A stretch of DNA of 64,000 nt from Octopus sinensis (Eukaryota), in NCBI RefSeq assembly GCF_006345805.1, contig NC_043007.1:53444001-53508000 (forward strand), written 5' to 3'. Shown here piece after piece: positions 50,301 through 63,229 of this stretch. Position 1 is the first letter of the stretch; the number at the start of each line of letters is the position of its first letter. The notes beneath the pieces are model-generated. The model saw nothing but the letters and a program-made list of their open reading frames with translations, made no database searches and was not told the origin of the DNA. The position numbers and the translations under genes are program-made.

Positions 50301-50624
50301 TTCATCATACTCCTCCAGGCAATGACTGAGAAATTTATGACAGGCTACTCTTGGCACCTCATCTATGCTGGTAACCTTGTCCTTAAAGCCGAATAATTTC
50401 TAGAACTACAAAAGTATCTAGCTGTAGAAACTATGCCAAATCAGACTTGAACCTGATGCACACCTCTGGCTAAACAGTTCCAGTCAAACCGTTGAAGCCA
50501 TGCTAGCAGGAAAGCAGATGTTCAATGATGATGAAGATATATATATGGTGCATCAGCATGGCCCCAGCTCTGAGCTGAAACTAGAGAAAAAGAAGAAAAA
50601 AAAAATATAATATCTATATATAAT

Positions 50625-50900
50625 ACAGGTGCAGGAGTGGCTGCATGGTAAGCTTGCTTCTCAACAACATGGTTCCAGGTTCAATCCCACTGTGTCACCT
50701 TGGGCAACTGTCTTCTACTATATCCTCAGGTCAACCAAAGCCTTGTGAGTGAATTTGGTAGAAGGAAATTAAAAGAAGCCCGTCATATGTATATTTATGT
50801 GTGTGTGTGTATGTGTTTGTCACCCCATCATTGCATCACAACCAATGTTGGTATGTTTACATCCCCGTAACTTAGTGGATCAGCAAAACAGATCGATAGA
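50625..50900 (+). mobile_element. tRNA-derived SINE (second family)
   Basis: GCAGGAGTGGCTGCATGGTAAG...GGTTCAATCCC head; inverted homolog of 43075-43243. Confidence 0.75.
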
Positions 50901-50947
50901 TGGCCAACAAATAAATTAATACGATAATATGTACACACATACAGGTG

Positions 50948-51481
50948 TTGGACAAAATAAAGGAACCACCTTAAAATTTCAAACAAATTAATTTTAATAT
51001 GGGGTAGGATCGCTTTGGCTTGAATTCTATAAGGTATGGACTCGTACAAAGTTTGAATTGTTTCCAAAGGAATTTTTGTTCATTCTTCAGCTAAAACAGT
51101 CTCCAGTTCTTGTAATGATGATGATGAAGGATATCAACTCCTACCTTGTTTTTCTAAAATGCACCATGAATATTCCATAATAATGAGATCTGGGGACTGT
51201 GGTAGCCAGATAAGATATTCAACTTCACTGGAATGTTCCTCGTGCCATTCAGTAACAATTTAGCTGTGTGAATTAGTGCATTAGCAACCGGAAAGATTGC
51301 ATTTCCCTCTGGAAACAGTTTCGCAACCATAGGATGAATTCGATAAGATAAAGTACTTCAATAGTCTTGAATATTAATTCTGCCATGAAGAGAAACCATT
51401 GGGCTGGCGGATTTCCAGATATAGCACCCCAAATCATCGCAGGTCCTCCTCCATGTTTAATACAATCAAGGCAATCTTTTC

Positions 51482-51482
<1 letters not shown>
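50948..51482 (-). mobile_element. Tc1-family transposon 3' fragment
   Basis: [15 protein letters not shown] and WLPQSPDL motifs; TIR-like TACAGGTGTTGGACAAAATA at 50946. Confidence 0.75.
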
Positions 51483-51529
<47 letters not shown>

Positions 51530-51910
51530 TACATATATGTATGCATATATATATGTATGCATGTATATATGTATGCATGTATATATGTATACATGTATAT
51601 ATGTATGCATATATATATATGTATGCATATATATATATATATGTATGCATATATATATGTATGCATATATATATGTATGCTTATATATATGTATGCATGT
51701 ATATATATGTATATATCTATATGTATGTATACACAGATATGCACACACATACATAGAAAATACACAAAACGGACAGGCAAGCACATATATATGCAGGATA
51801 CATACATACAGATGCACACACATACATATGCATACACACGCATATATACATACGTACACATGCAAACACACACAAATACATACATACATGTATGCATGTA
51901 AAGGCACACA
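51483..51910. repeat. Compound (TA)n/(TATG)n/(CA)n microsatellite
   Basis: Direct inspection. Confidence 0.95.
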
Positions 51911-52091
51911 CACTGACCCACACACATGCGCACAAACAAGCAGAAGGGAACGCAGTGTAAATAACAGACAACGTGAAGACTATTGAAAAGGTTGCAAGAC
52001 GCAACGAAAATTTTAGAAAGTAAAAATAACAAATAAGTTGAAATTTTACCTACTAAAAGAGAATGACTCTCCCCAGATACAACAGAATATG

Positions 52092-52094
<3 letters not shown>

Positions 52095-52135
<41 letters not shown>

Positions 52136-52620
52136 ATGTATGTATATATATGTGTGTGTGTATGTATGTATATATATGTGTGTGTGTATGTATGTATATA
52201 TATGTGTGTGTGTATGTATGTATATATATGTGTGTGTGTATGTATGTATATATGTGTGTGTATGTATGTATATATATGTGTGTGTGTATGTATGTATATA
52301 TGTATGTGTGTGTATGTATGTATATATGTATGTGTGTGTGTGTGTATGTATATATATGTGTGTGTGTGTATGTATATATATGTGTGTGTGTGTGTATGTA
52401 TATATATGTGTGTGTGTGTGTATGTATATATGTGTGTGTGTGTGTATGTATATATGTGTGTGTGTGTATGTATGTATATATATGTGTGTGTATGTATGTA
52501 TATATGTATGTATGTATGTGTATGTATATATGTATGTATGTGTATATATATCTATATGTATGTATGTGTATATATATGTATGTATGTGTATATATATATG
52601 TATGTATGTGTATATATATC
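52095..52620. repeat. Compound (TA)n/(TG)n/(TATG)n microsatellite
   Basis: Direct inspection. Confidence 0.97.
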
Positions 52621-53036
52621 ATCATCATCATTTAACGTCCGCTTTCCATGCTAGCATGGGTTGGACAGTTCAACTGGGGTCTGGGGAGCCCGAAAGCTGC
52701 ACCAGTCCAGTCAGATCTGGCAGTGTTTCTACAGCTGGATGCCCTTCCTAACGCCAACCACCCCGAGAGTGTAGTGGGTGATTTTATGTGCCACCGACAC
52801 AGGTGCCAGATGAGGCTGGCAAACGGCCACGATCGGATGGTGTTCGTTACGTGCCCACAGCACGGAGGCCAGTCGATGCGGTACTGGCTACGGCCACGTT
52901 CGGATGGTTTTCTTGTGTGCCACGTGCCACCGGCACTGGTACCACAAAGATACAAATTCCATTGATGTTCATCTATTTTGATTTGTTTTGATTTTCACTT
53001 GCCTCAACAGGTCTTCACAAGTGTCACAAGAAGGAC
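52620..53036 (-). mobile_element. RTE 3' UTR fragment
   Basis: Near-identical inverted match to 57885-58390. Confidence 0.9.
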
Positions 53037-53274
53037 TATTTTTTTGATTATATGTATATATATGTATGTAAATGTATGTGTATATATATATGTATGTGTA
53101 TATGTATGTATATATATATGTGTATATGTATGTGTATATGTATGTATATATATATGTGTATATGTATGTGTATATATGTATGTGTATATATGTATGTGTA
53201 TATATATATATGTATGTGTATATATATATATGTATGTGTATATATACATATATATTATATATATATGTATATAT

Positions 53275-56200
53275 CATCATCATCATCGTTTAGCGTCCGC
53301 TTTCCATGCTAGCATGGGTTGGACGGGTCAACTGGGGTCTGTGAAGCTGGAAGGCTTCGTCAGGCCCAGTCAGATCTGGCAGTGTTTCTACGGCTGGATG
53401 CCCTTCCTAACGCCAACCACTCCGCGAGTGTAGTGGGTGTTTTTTACGTGACACCTGCACAGGTGCCAGACAGAGCTGGCGAACGGCCACGAACGGATGG
53501 TGCTTTTACGTGTCACCGGCACGGGGCCAGGCGATGCTGGCAACGGACACGAACGGATGGTGCTTTTACGTGCCACCGACACGGGGCCAGACAGAGCTGG
53601 CAAACGGCCATGAACGGATGGTGCTTTTACGTGTCACCAGCACGGGGGCCAGCCGAGGCTGGCAACGGACGCGAACGGATGGTGCTTTTACGTGCCACCG
53701 ACACGGTTGCCAGACAGAGCTGGCAAACGGCCATGAGCGGACGGTGCTTTTATGTGTCAGTGGCACGGGGGCCAGCCGAGGCTGGCAACGGACAAGAACG
53801 GATGGTGCTTTTACGTGCCACCGACACGGGGCCAGACAGAGCTGGCAAACGGCCACGAACGGATGGTGCTTTTATGTGCCACCGACACGGGGCCAGACAG
53901 AGCTGGCAAACGGCCACGAACGGACGGTGCTTTTACGTGTCACCGGCACGGGGCCAGGCGAGGCTGGCAACGAACACGAACGGATGGTGCTTTTAAGTGC
54001 CACCGACACTGGGCCAGGCAGAGCTGGCAAACGGCCACGAGCGAATGGTGCTCTTACGTATCACCGGCACGGGTGCCAGACGAGGCTGACAGCGGACACG
54101 AACGGATGCGTCACTTAACCCCTGCTTTCTGATATATGATTTGATTTTGATTGTTCTCACTGGTCTTGCCGGGTCTTCTCACACACAGCATACTTCCATA
54201 GGTCTCGGTCTCTGGTCATTTCCTTGGTGAGACCTAGAGTTCGAAGGTCGTGCTTCACCACCTCGACCCAGGTTTTCCTGGGTCTACCTCTTCCACAGGT
54301 CCCCTCAACCACTAGGGTGTGGCACTTTTTCACACACCTATCTTCATCCATTCTCACCACATGACCATACCAGCGCAATCCTCTCTCTTGCACACAACAT
54401 CTGATTCCTCTTAGGTCCAACTTTTCTCTCAAGGTACTTACACTCTGTCGACTATGAACACTGACATTACACATCCAACGGAGCATACTAGCTTCATTTC
54501 TCGCGAGCTTACGCATGTCCTCAGCAGTCACGGCCCATGTTTCACTGCCATGTAGCACGGCTGTTCGTACACATGCATCATACAGTCTGCCTTTTACTCT
54601 GAGCGAGAGGCCTTTAGTCACCAACAGGGTTAAGAGCTCCCTAAACTTTGCCCAGGCTATTCTTACTCTAGCCGTTACACTTTCAGCACACCCACCCCCA
54701 CTACTAACTTGGTCACCAAGATAACGGAAGCTATCAACTACTTCTAGTTTTTTCCCCTGGAAAGTGACGGAAGTTGTTTTCTGCAGATTTTCAGAGGTTA
54801 ATGCTCCCGAGCATCTGCCACATACAAAAACCATCTTCCTAGTTAGCCTTCCTATGACATTGCTGCACCTCTTATGTGTCCATAGCTTACACTTGGTGCA
54901 TCTTATAGAGTTTCTACCTACCCCTTTACAGATCGAGCAGGGCCATCTACCTGAAGGCGTTTGTGATTTGTCTACCTTCCTACTTATTAGGACTTTGGTT
55001 TTAGCTAGGTTGACTCTAAGGCCCTTCGATTCTAAACCATGCTTCCACACCTGAAACTTCTTCTCCAGTTCTGATAATGACTCAGCAATTAGAGCAAGGT
55101 CATCAGCATAGAGGAGCTCCCAGGGGCATCATGTCTTGAATTCCTCCGTTATTGCTGGAGGACTATGATAAATAGGAGGGGGCTGAGGACTGAGCCTTGG
55201 TGGACCCCTACCTCTACCCGGAATTCTTCACTGTACTCATTTCCAACCCTCACCTTACTAGCAGCGTCCCTGTACATGGCTTGCACAGCTCTCACTAACC
55301 ATTCATCTATTCCTAGTTTCCTCATTGACCACCATATGAGGGATCGGGGGACCCTGTCGAAGGCTTTCTCCATGTCAACAAAAGCCAGGTACAGGGGCTT
55401 ATCTTTGGCTAGGTATTTCTCCTGCAGCTGCCTTACCAGGAATATAGCATCAGTGGTACTTTTCCCTGGCACGAAACCAAACTGCATCTCATCTAACTCA
55501 CTCTCTCTCTCAATTAGTTGGCTAATGACCCTCTCTGTAACCTTCATCACCTGATCCAAACGCTTGATACCTCTGTAATTATTTGTATCTAGGGCATCAC
55601 CTTTACATTGTAGCAGTTGACTATATGCTGCTACACCAGTCATTGGGTATGACTCCTTCATGTATCACCTGATTAACTATACAGGTGACTAGGCTATAGC
55701 CGACACTACCAGATATTTGAGCATCTCTGCAGTGATACCTGATGGGCCTGGGGCTTTCCCTGTCTTCATGCTCTAATTGCCTTAAGCTACTAAGGAACTA
55801 TCAACCCTGATAGTGGTCCCTCTGTTGGGTCACGTTCGGCAGTCTCTCTTTATCCCATTCATTTTCTTTATTCAGCAACCTTCATAGTGGCGTCTCCAAG
55901 CCTCTCTCTTTGCATCCTCGTTTAGTGCAAGTGAACCATCTTCCATGCAAACACACTTCTTCTCCCACCACATCACAATTCTCTCTCACACACTGTCTTG
56001 CAACGCGAAACACCTCCAGTCTTTGGTCCTCACGGCGCAGAACATTGGCAAATTTTTTCTTATCTGCTTCCCCTCTGGCTAGATAGACTGTCTCCTAGCT
56101 TCCCTTTTAGCAGTCTGATACAATTCCCTGCTACCACCATTCTTCCAGTGCTTCCAAGTCTGTCTCTTTTCTCTAATAGCCATGGTCTACGACACTGTTC

Positions 56201-56460
56201 ACCACCACGTTACCTTGGGACGAGAGGGGACTTTGCACCAGCCACAGATCTGGTCAGTGGCTCTCAGCAGGTGTCCCTTAGAAACGTCCAGTTGTCCTCT
56301 ACCCCATGTGATACTCTATCCCCTTCTACTTCGTCAAAGGCTTCAAGTAACATGTCTCTAAATCTCTGTCTATCACAGGATCCTTAAGCTTCCAGATCCT
56401 TCTTCTCCATGTTGGTCGTTTCTGGTTGTCCTCCTACTCCTGATCCTAAAGTCACGAACT
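53275..56460 (-). mobile_element. RTE-clade LINE (PHD-type family), 5'-truncated, frameshifted
   Basis: ORFs 55149-55661 and 54157-55050 carry the RT motifs; collinear with 1-3420; (CAT)n tail at 53275. Confidence 0.93.
53455..54110 (-). repeat. ~60-bp GC-rich minisatellite (about 10-11 units) in the RTE 3' UTR
   Basis: Recurrent GAACGGATGGTGCTTTTACGTGCCACCG.CACGGGGCCAG units with two alternating variants. Confidence 0.92.
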
Positions 56461-56655
56461 ACAGTCTATGTTGTGGGGTGCATTCTTCGCTGGGGAAGGT
56501 TTTGGCATTTATAAGTAGCCATCTCTCCCTTTGCCTGGCAGGATGTAGTCAATTTGGCTGGGATGTTGGCCCGATCGGCAGGTGACTAGGTGGCTGGTAG
56601 GTTCCTGAAGTTAGTGTTGCAAATATGTAATATATATATGTATATATATAATATA

Positions 56656-56755
56656 NNNNNNNNNNNNNNNNNNNNNNNNNNNNNNNNNNNNNNNNNNNNN
56701 NNNNNNNNNNNNNNNNNNNNNNNNNNNNNNNNNNNNNNNNNNNNNNNNNNNNNNN
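56656..56755. other. Assembly gap (100 N)
   Basis: Run of N. Confidence 1.
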
Positions 56756-56915
56756 TTCAACGCTATTATCAACCCTATTATCTCCCCTTATTTCGCTCTC
56801 GCGTCTCATGTTTGATCTTTGACCTCTGGCGAAATCAGATCGCCATGTTGATTCTATAGTTACTGCACACATTTTTTTTCTCTCCTTCTTTCTGTGTTTT
56901 TTTTCTCTCTGTGTA

Positions 56916-56953
56916 TCTTTCTGTTGAAGAGCGTATGCTCGAAACGTTAAAGA
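56916..56953 (+). ncRNA. Minimal type I hammerhead ribozyme-like fold (CUGUUGA variant)
   Basis: UCUUU-CUGUUGA-A-GAGC(GUAU)GCUC-GAAA-CGUU-AAAGA: perfect 5-bp stem I, 4-bp stem II, palindromic AACGUU stem III. Confidence 0.65.
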
Positions 56954-57049
56954 CTTGTTTTATTTATATTTCCTGAGCGCCATACTAATACAATTGTGTG
57001 TTTGTTTTCCACTGCCTTCGTCTTTTGTCTATTTTCATAAAGCTTCCGT

Positions 57050-57415
<366 letters not shown>

Positions 57416-57419
57416 ACCT

Positions 57420-58392
57420 GTGTCGATGGCACATCAAAACACCATCTGAAGACCCGGCAAGACTAGTCAGGCCATAACCCGTGGCCCCTACCTGCGACGT
57501 AGTCAGTCCACCTGTTCATACCTTCCTTCCTTCTTGTGACACTTGTGAAGACCTGTTGAGGCAAGTGAAAATCAAATCAAATCAAATCAAAACAAATCAA
57601 AATAGATGAACATCAATGGAATTTGTATCTTTGTGGTACCAGTGCCGGTGGCACACAAGAGAACCGTCCGAACGTGGCCGTAGCCAGTACCGCATCGACT
57701 GGCCTCCGTGCTGTGGGCACATAACAAACACCATCCGATCGTGGCCGTTCGCCAGCCTCATCTGGCACCTGTGTCGGTGGCACATAAAAACACCATCCGA
57801 GCGTGGCCGTCTGCCAGCCTCGTCTGGCACCTGTGTCGGTGGTACATAAAAAATACCATCCGAGCGTGGCCGTGCATACCTTCCTTCCTTCTTGTGACAC
57901 TTGTGAAGACCTCTGAAGACCTGTTGAGGCAAGTGAAAATCAAATCAAATCAAATCAAAACAAATCAAAATAGATGAACATCAATGGAATTTGTATCTTT
58001 GTGGTACCAGTGCCGGTGGCACACAAGAAAACCATCCGAACGTGGCCGTAGCCAGTACCGCATCGACTGGCCTCCGTGCTGTGGGCACGTAACAAACACC
58101 ATCCGATCGTGACCATTCGCCAGCCTCATCTGGCACCTGTGTCAGTGGCACATAAAAACACCATCCGAGCGTGGCCGTTCGCCAGCCTCATCTGGCACCT
58201 GTGTCGGTGGCACATAAAATCACCCACTACACTCTCGGAATGGTTGGCGTTAGGAAGGGCATCCAGCTGTAGAAACACTGCCAGATCTGACTGGCCTGGT
58301 GCAGCCTTCGGGCTCCCCAGACCCCAGTTGAACCGTCCAACCCATGCTAGCATGGAAAACGGACGCTAAATGAATGTTGATGATGATGATGA
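57420..58392 (+). mobile_element. RTE 3' UTR fragment with a ~350-bp internal tandem duplication
   Basis: 57520-57880 is repeated at 57878-58200; ends with the family tail and (GAT)n. Confidence 0.9.
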
Positions 58393-58399
58393 TATATAC

Positions 58400-58436
<37 letters not shown>

Positions 58437-58523
58437 CATACATATATATATATATATATATCAGATGATACCCAATCAATACTTTATTACACCATTACAT
58501 AACAGCAAAGGCATTATACAAAA

Positions 58524-58910
58524 CTAGCAGTATCGCCCGGCGTTGCTCGGATTTGTAAGGGAAGTAACTATATAAGCATTTTTAGAGAGTTATAGCCCCA
58601 AAAAATCATTAAAAATGGAAAAAAAATGATGGTAAATTTTTTTTAAATCGTTGACACATCGTAGACATTTTTAGAGTTACTTCCCTTATATAATAGCGAA
58701 AAAAATGCATTAAAATGGGAAAAAAATGATGGTAAATTTGTTTTAAAATCGTAGACTCATCGTAGACGCGCGCTAATACCCAGAAGGGCTCGATATGTAT
58801 CACAACTATAAGATACCCGCTTTTGGTTAAACTGCACCGCAAAATGTGGGAGTAGTTAGGAATCTAAATCGTAGGAGACAGACACACAACTTCTCTTTTA
58901 TATATAAAGA
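58524..58910 (-). mobile_element. Non-autonomous Helitron family 2, complete short copy
   Basis: A|TCTTTATATATAAAAG 5' end, hairpin + CTAG|T 3' end; matches 26009-26498. Confidence 0.88.
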
Positions 58911-58988
58911 TATATTGTAAATATAATTAGACAAGGAAATAGAAATATAAAATATAAAATATAAAATATAATATATAATTATATCATA

Positions 58989-59099
58989 TCTGACAGATGT
59001 TTCGGCCGTGAGGACAAGTATGCCTCATTTAACCTATAAGCTATATAAGGCAGGTATAAATGAGACATTAACAAGGATGTCCCATGGCCTCTTCAGAGA
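58989..59099 (-). ncRNA. Type I hammerhead ribozyme with extended stem II
   Basis: UCU-CUGAAGA-GGCCAUG.GGACA...UGUCCUCACGGCC-GAAA-C(AUCU)GUC-AGA; complete core, predicted cleavage after the C at 58992. Confidence 0.75.
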
Positions 59100-59441
59100 A
59101 TTTAATTTATTATAAGTGTGAAAAAATTTTTTTTACATATAAATATAAAAATATAAAATATAAAAATGTGTGCATAGACACTCATAATACTACACATATA
59201 TATACTCATTAATACAATAATACAAAATAAACAAAATATATCAATATACATTAACAAACACAGTTATTCTACATATTGGACTTGTAGTTCCATAACTAAC
59301 CTCAAGGAAAATACATGCACACTCACATTTATATTTAAATCAGACATATACATAAAAAATAATTAAAAAAATTAAAAAACACACAGTTCAGTTCATAAAA
59401 ACCCTACAAAAGTCAATAAAAATTACTATTAATAATAATAA

Positions 59442-59485
<44 letters not shown>

Positions 59486-59572
59486 CAACCATGACTGTAC
59501 CAAGTACATCATCGGACATATATTATATATATATAATATATATTAATATATTTATATATATGTATATATATG

Positions 59573-59616
<44 letters not shown>

Positions 59617-59677
59617 TGGCTAAACTGGCAAAATGACCATTCAAAATATAACAATATATATATATATGTATATTTAT

Positions 59678-59722
<45 letters not shown>

Positions 59723-59736
59723 ATATATATATATAG

Positions 59737-62700
59737 ATAAGAAAGTTGGTTTGTGAAAGCACGTGGTTGAATATATAGAAAATAGTAAAAAGTGAAAAAA
59801 CTACAGAAGGCTTAAAGGTTAAAAATATATATATATTTGCGTCAATATGTCTGAAGAATATTAAAAAATTTTTTTCTTACAATGACATAGTTTAGAAGAA
59901 AGACCAGTTTCGCGTTTAGCTTTTCAAATTTTTGGCGACGTTATGTTTATCTTGAACAGAGTTATCTTTATGTTTATGTTTAAAAGAGTTCTAAATAAGG
60001 GGAGGTAATGAGTGATTTCTTCCGGTGTAAGGGAGATAATCGGTTAAAATTTAAAAAAATTTTTTTCCTTTCCCTTGGTGTGAATTTCTCTGTATCTGTA
60101 TGTTGGCATGGTTAAGTCTGGGTTTGTACTTTTCAATGAAGAATGTTTCCTTGTTTAGTCTAATTTGTGTTGATGATCCGATAGCACATTGGTAAAATGG
60201 AAAGATTAAAAATTGTGGTAGTAGTTGCTTTGCTCATTTCTCAATGTGCTCACTAAAAGGTATCATTTTGTATTCTGGGAATGCAATCTGTTGTCGATGC
60301 AGTGTGCATCTACGTCTGAGTGATAGTCCCGTGGATCCCACGTAGTCTTGGTGGCAGCCCGAGCATTTTATGACATAATTTATGTTTTCAGAGGCACAAG
60401 TAAAGTTAGATTTGATCTTGAATTTCTGTCCCTCTTTAAAGAGGAATTCTGATCCTTCTAGCAGGTTTGGACATGTTGCACAGTTCGATCTACCACATTT
60501 TTTTTACTTTTGCATCCGTAATTTCAGAAAACAATTTTGCCTTTGTGAGAATCTTTTTAAGTGATTTAGGTTGTTTGTAGCTTTTAATGATTTGGTGTAT
60601 GTTTAGAATTTCCTTTAATTTGGGGTCCTTATGAAGTATTGGTAAATTCTGGGTGATGATGGTGAAGGCTTCTTTGTTTCTGGGGTTGTATGTAGATATG
60701 TAAGGTAGTATTTTTGGGGAAGGTGTGTTGTTGTGTTGAACTTTTCTTAAAGTTTCTATGTTGATTTCTGTTGCACGTCTGATCCCATCCTCTATGAGTT
60801 GAGCTGGGTAATGTCTGGCAATTAAGGTGTTTTTGAGTTCTTGCAGTCTAAAGTTCCTGGTATTTTGTTCTGACACTATTGTGCATAACCTTCTTGCAAG
60901 GTTGAAGGGGATGTTTGTTTTAGTGTGTCTTGGGTGGCATGAATTAAAAAGAAGGTATTGTTTGGCGTCTGTGGCTTTGTAAAAAATGTCTGTTTCTATT
61001 TTAAGGTTAATTTTTTTAATTAGTATACCCAAGAACGGGAGCTCCTTTTGGTTGTATTCCATTGTGAACTGTATATTTGGGTTTATGCTGTTCAATAGGT
61101 TTTTAAATTTTAGGAGTTTATCTGTGTTTTCATTCCAGAGTAAAAACAATCGTCTAAGAATCGTTTCCAATTCTCTTTTATGTATTGAGAAAGGGGGTTT
61201 CCAAAGATTGATAAAGATTCCTGAAATGATTATTTCCATGTAGCCCATTGTTAGGTTCGCAATGACTGGTGCTGCCCTTGTACCCATAGCAATTCCGGAT
61301 TTTTTACGGTAAAATGTATTGTCAAACATGAAGTGGTTATTATGTAGGATGAATTCAATTGATTTAGTAATGAATTCTTTACTGATCCTTTTTGGTATTT
61401 CTTCCAGAAATTGGTCCAGCCAGAACTGTATTGCCTCTAGTCCATAATTATGAGGTATACTGGTATACAAGTTAACTACATCAAATGAAACCAGGATTGT
61501 TTCTTCCTTGGCTTTTTTTGGGAGGTGGTTTAACATATCTAAGTCATCTCTGATATGGCTATCGATATGTTTAAGGAAGGGTTTCAGGAGGATGTCCATA
61601 AATAGACTTAGTCTGTGTTTTTCACAGTTTGGGCCAGCTACAATGGGTCGTAGTTTTTAGGTCCCCCGGGTTAGGTGTGTGTATGTATGTCTTTGGTGAT
61701 TTTTTAATGGTTTCATTTATAATTTGGCTTTTATGGATTTTTGGTAGGGGAATGAAAAGGCTAGGTTTTATGGATTTTTGGTAGGGGAATGAAAAGGCTA
61801 GGTTTGCATTTAAAGTTTGTTAGAAAGTCAATCTCTTTGGTTGTTAGTTCCTTTTCATGGGTTTTAATTAGTGAAGATAGAGTTTTCATTATTTTTTGTG
61901 GGGTGTAGTTGGTAATTTTTTCATAATGTAGGTCGTCATCAAGCAAGGAAATTACAAGATTTCTATAGTATGATGTATCCATTATTACAACTGCATTTCC
62001 CTTGTCTGCTTCCTTAATGGTTATATCCTCATCATTTTGAAGTTCTATCAGTTCCTTCCATTGTGTAGTGTTAAAGTTTGAGTTAACTTTCTGTTTATGT
62101 ATAGTATGGTAGGGAAAGTTCTCAATGTGGTTACAGAATTCATCAAGATCTTTATTTCTTCCTCTGTGTGGGATGTGTTCACTTTTGTTTTTGACTAGTG
62201 ATTCATCTTCAGTATTGAAACTGGTTGATGCTTCTGATAGTCTTAATTTTCTGCAAAATTCTGTTATATTATCCTTGATTTCATTTAGGTTGGCTCTGCG
62301 TGGAGTTGGTGTAAATTTGAGCCCTTTTGAGAGGATGTCAATTTTTATGTTAGAAAGAGGTTTGGTTGAGAGATTGATTATCTTCGGTTTTTCCTTATTA
62401 CTAGGTTCCAGCCTGTGTCCTGATGTCTCTGATCCCTGGCTAAAAAATGTTGGGTGTAATTTTGTTTGTATGAGTTGTCTGTGAGGTTGTGTGATATTGG
62501 GTCGGGGGAATGGTGGTATTGTTGCCCCCGATCGTTGTGTGTGTGTGGGAATCTATGGTTGTTTTTGTTTGTGGTGTGTGTAAAATTTCTGTATGTGAAA
62601 TATTTTTGTTTCGAACTGCTTGTATGTGGGATGTTGCTTGACATAGTGTTGTTTTGCGTTTGTCTTGTGTTTAGTGGGGACCAGTAATTTTGGTTCATGG

Positions 62701-63195
62701 GGTAGTAGCGACTTGTGTGTGGTGTATTTCTTATTCTAGTGTCGTTTTGTGCTGTATGGTGGTTGGGTCTGGTATTAGGATGTTGTTGGTGTGTTCTGTT
62801 TTTGTTGTAATTTATTTCATAGACGCGTTGTCTGTCAGCTAGTTCCCTGTTAGGTCTTGCGTGGTTTGCAAAGGTTGGTTGTGGGTGATTTCTGTTTTTA
62901 GTGTATGGAGGATAGTTGGGGGTTGTTCGAGGGTTGTTTGGTTTTTCTTTTTTATTTTTTGTAATTTTCTTAAGGAAGGGATTATTTGTACCCAATTCAT
63001 TTTTGAAAGTTGAACTATATTTTTGGAAGAAATCGATGTTTTTCTCCCAGCGCAGGAGAGAATTTCTCTCTTCTTTTTCACAGGTATCCTTCCAATGATC
63101 TAATGTATTTTCGAGGGGTTGTCCCTCGGTATGTTCTTGTATTATATTGTGCATCTCCTTTTAAGCCTTCTGTAGTTTTTTCACTTTTTACTATT

Positions 63196-63205
<10 letters not shown>
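59737..63205 (-). mobile_element. Penelope-like element 2, near full length, frameshifted (Neptune-like Cys linker, inferred)
   Basis: N-terminal ORF 62378-63154; RT ORF 60490-61599 (SFDVVNLYTSIP, GIAMGTRAAP, WKRFLDD across a frameshift, SCHPRH); linker C.RSNCATC; GIY-YIG NINYVIKCSGCHQDYVGST at ~60320-60400; (TA)n flanks. Confidence 0.92.

Positions 63206-63229
<24 letters not shown>

Noticed and set aside
51273-53433. Many long ORFs rich in Y/I/H/T/M/C/V (also at 22300-22800, 57149-57384, 59491-59762)
   Set aside because: They are translations of (TA)n/(CA)n/(TATG)n microsatellites, which lack stop codons in several frames.
53455-54110. Resemblance to a CRISPR array
   Set aside because: The units are contiguous degenerate repeats without unique spacers, in eukaryotic LINE context, with no cas genes.
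53319-54132. Overlapping 225-aa and 202-aa repetitive ORFs
   Set aside because: By-product of the GC-rich 3' UTR minisatellite, antisense to the LINE; no domain signal.
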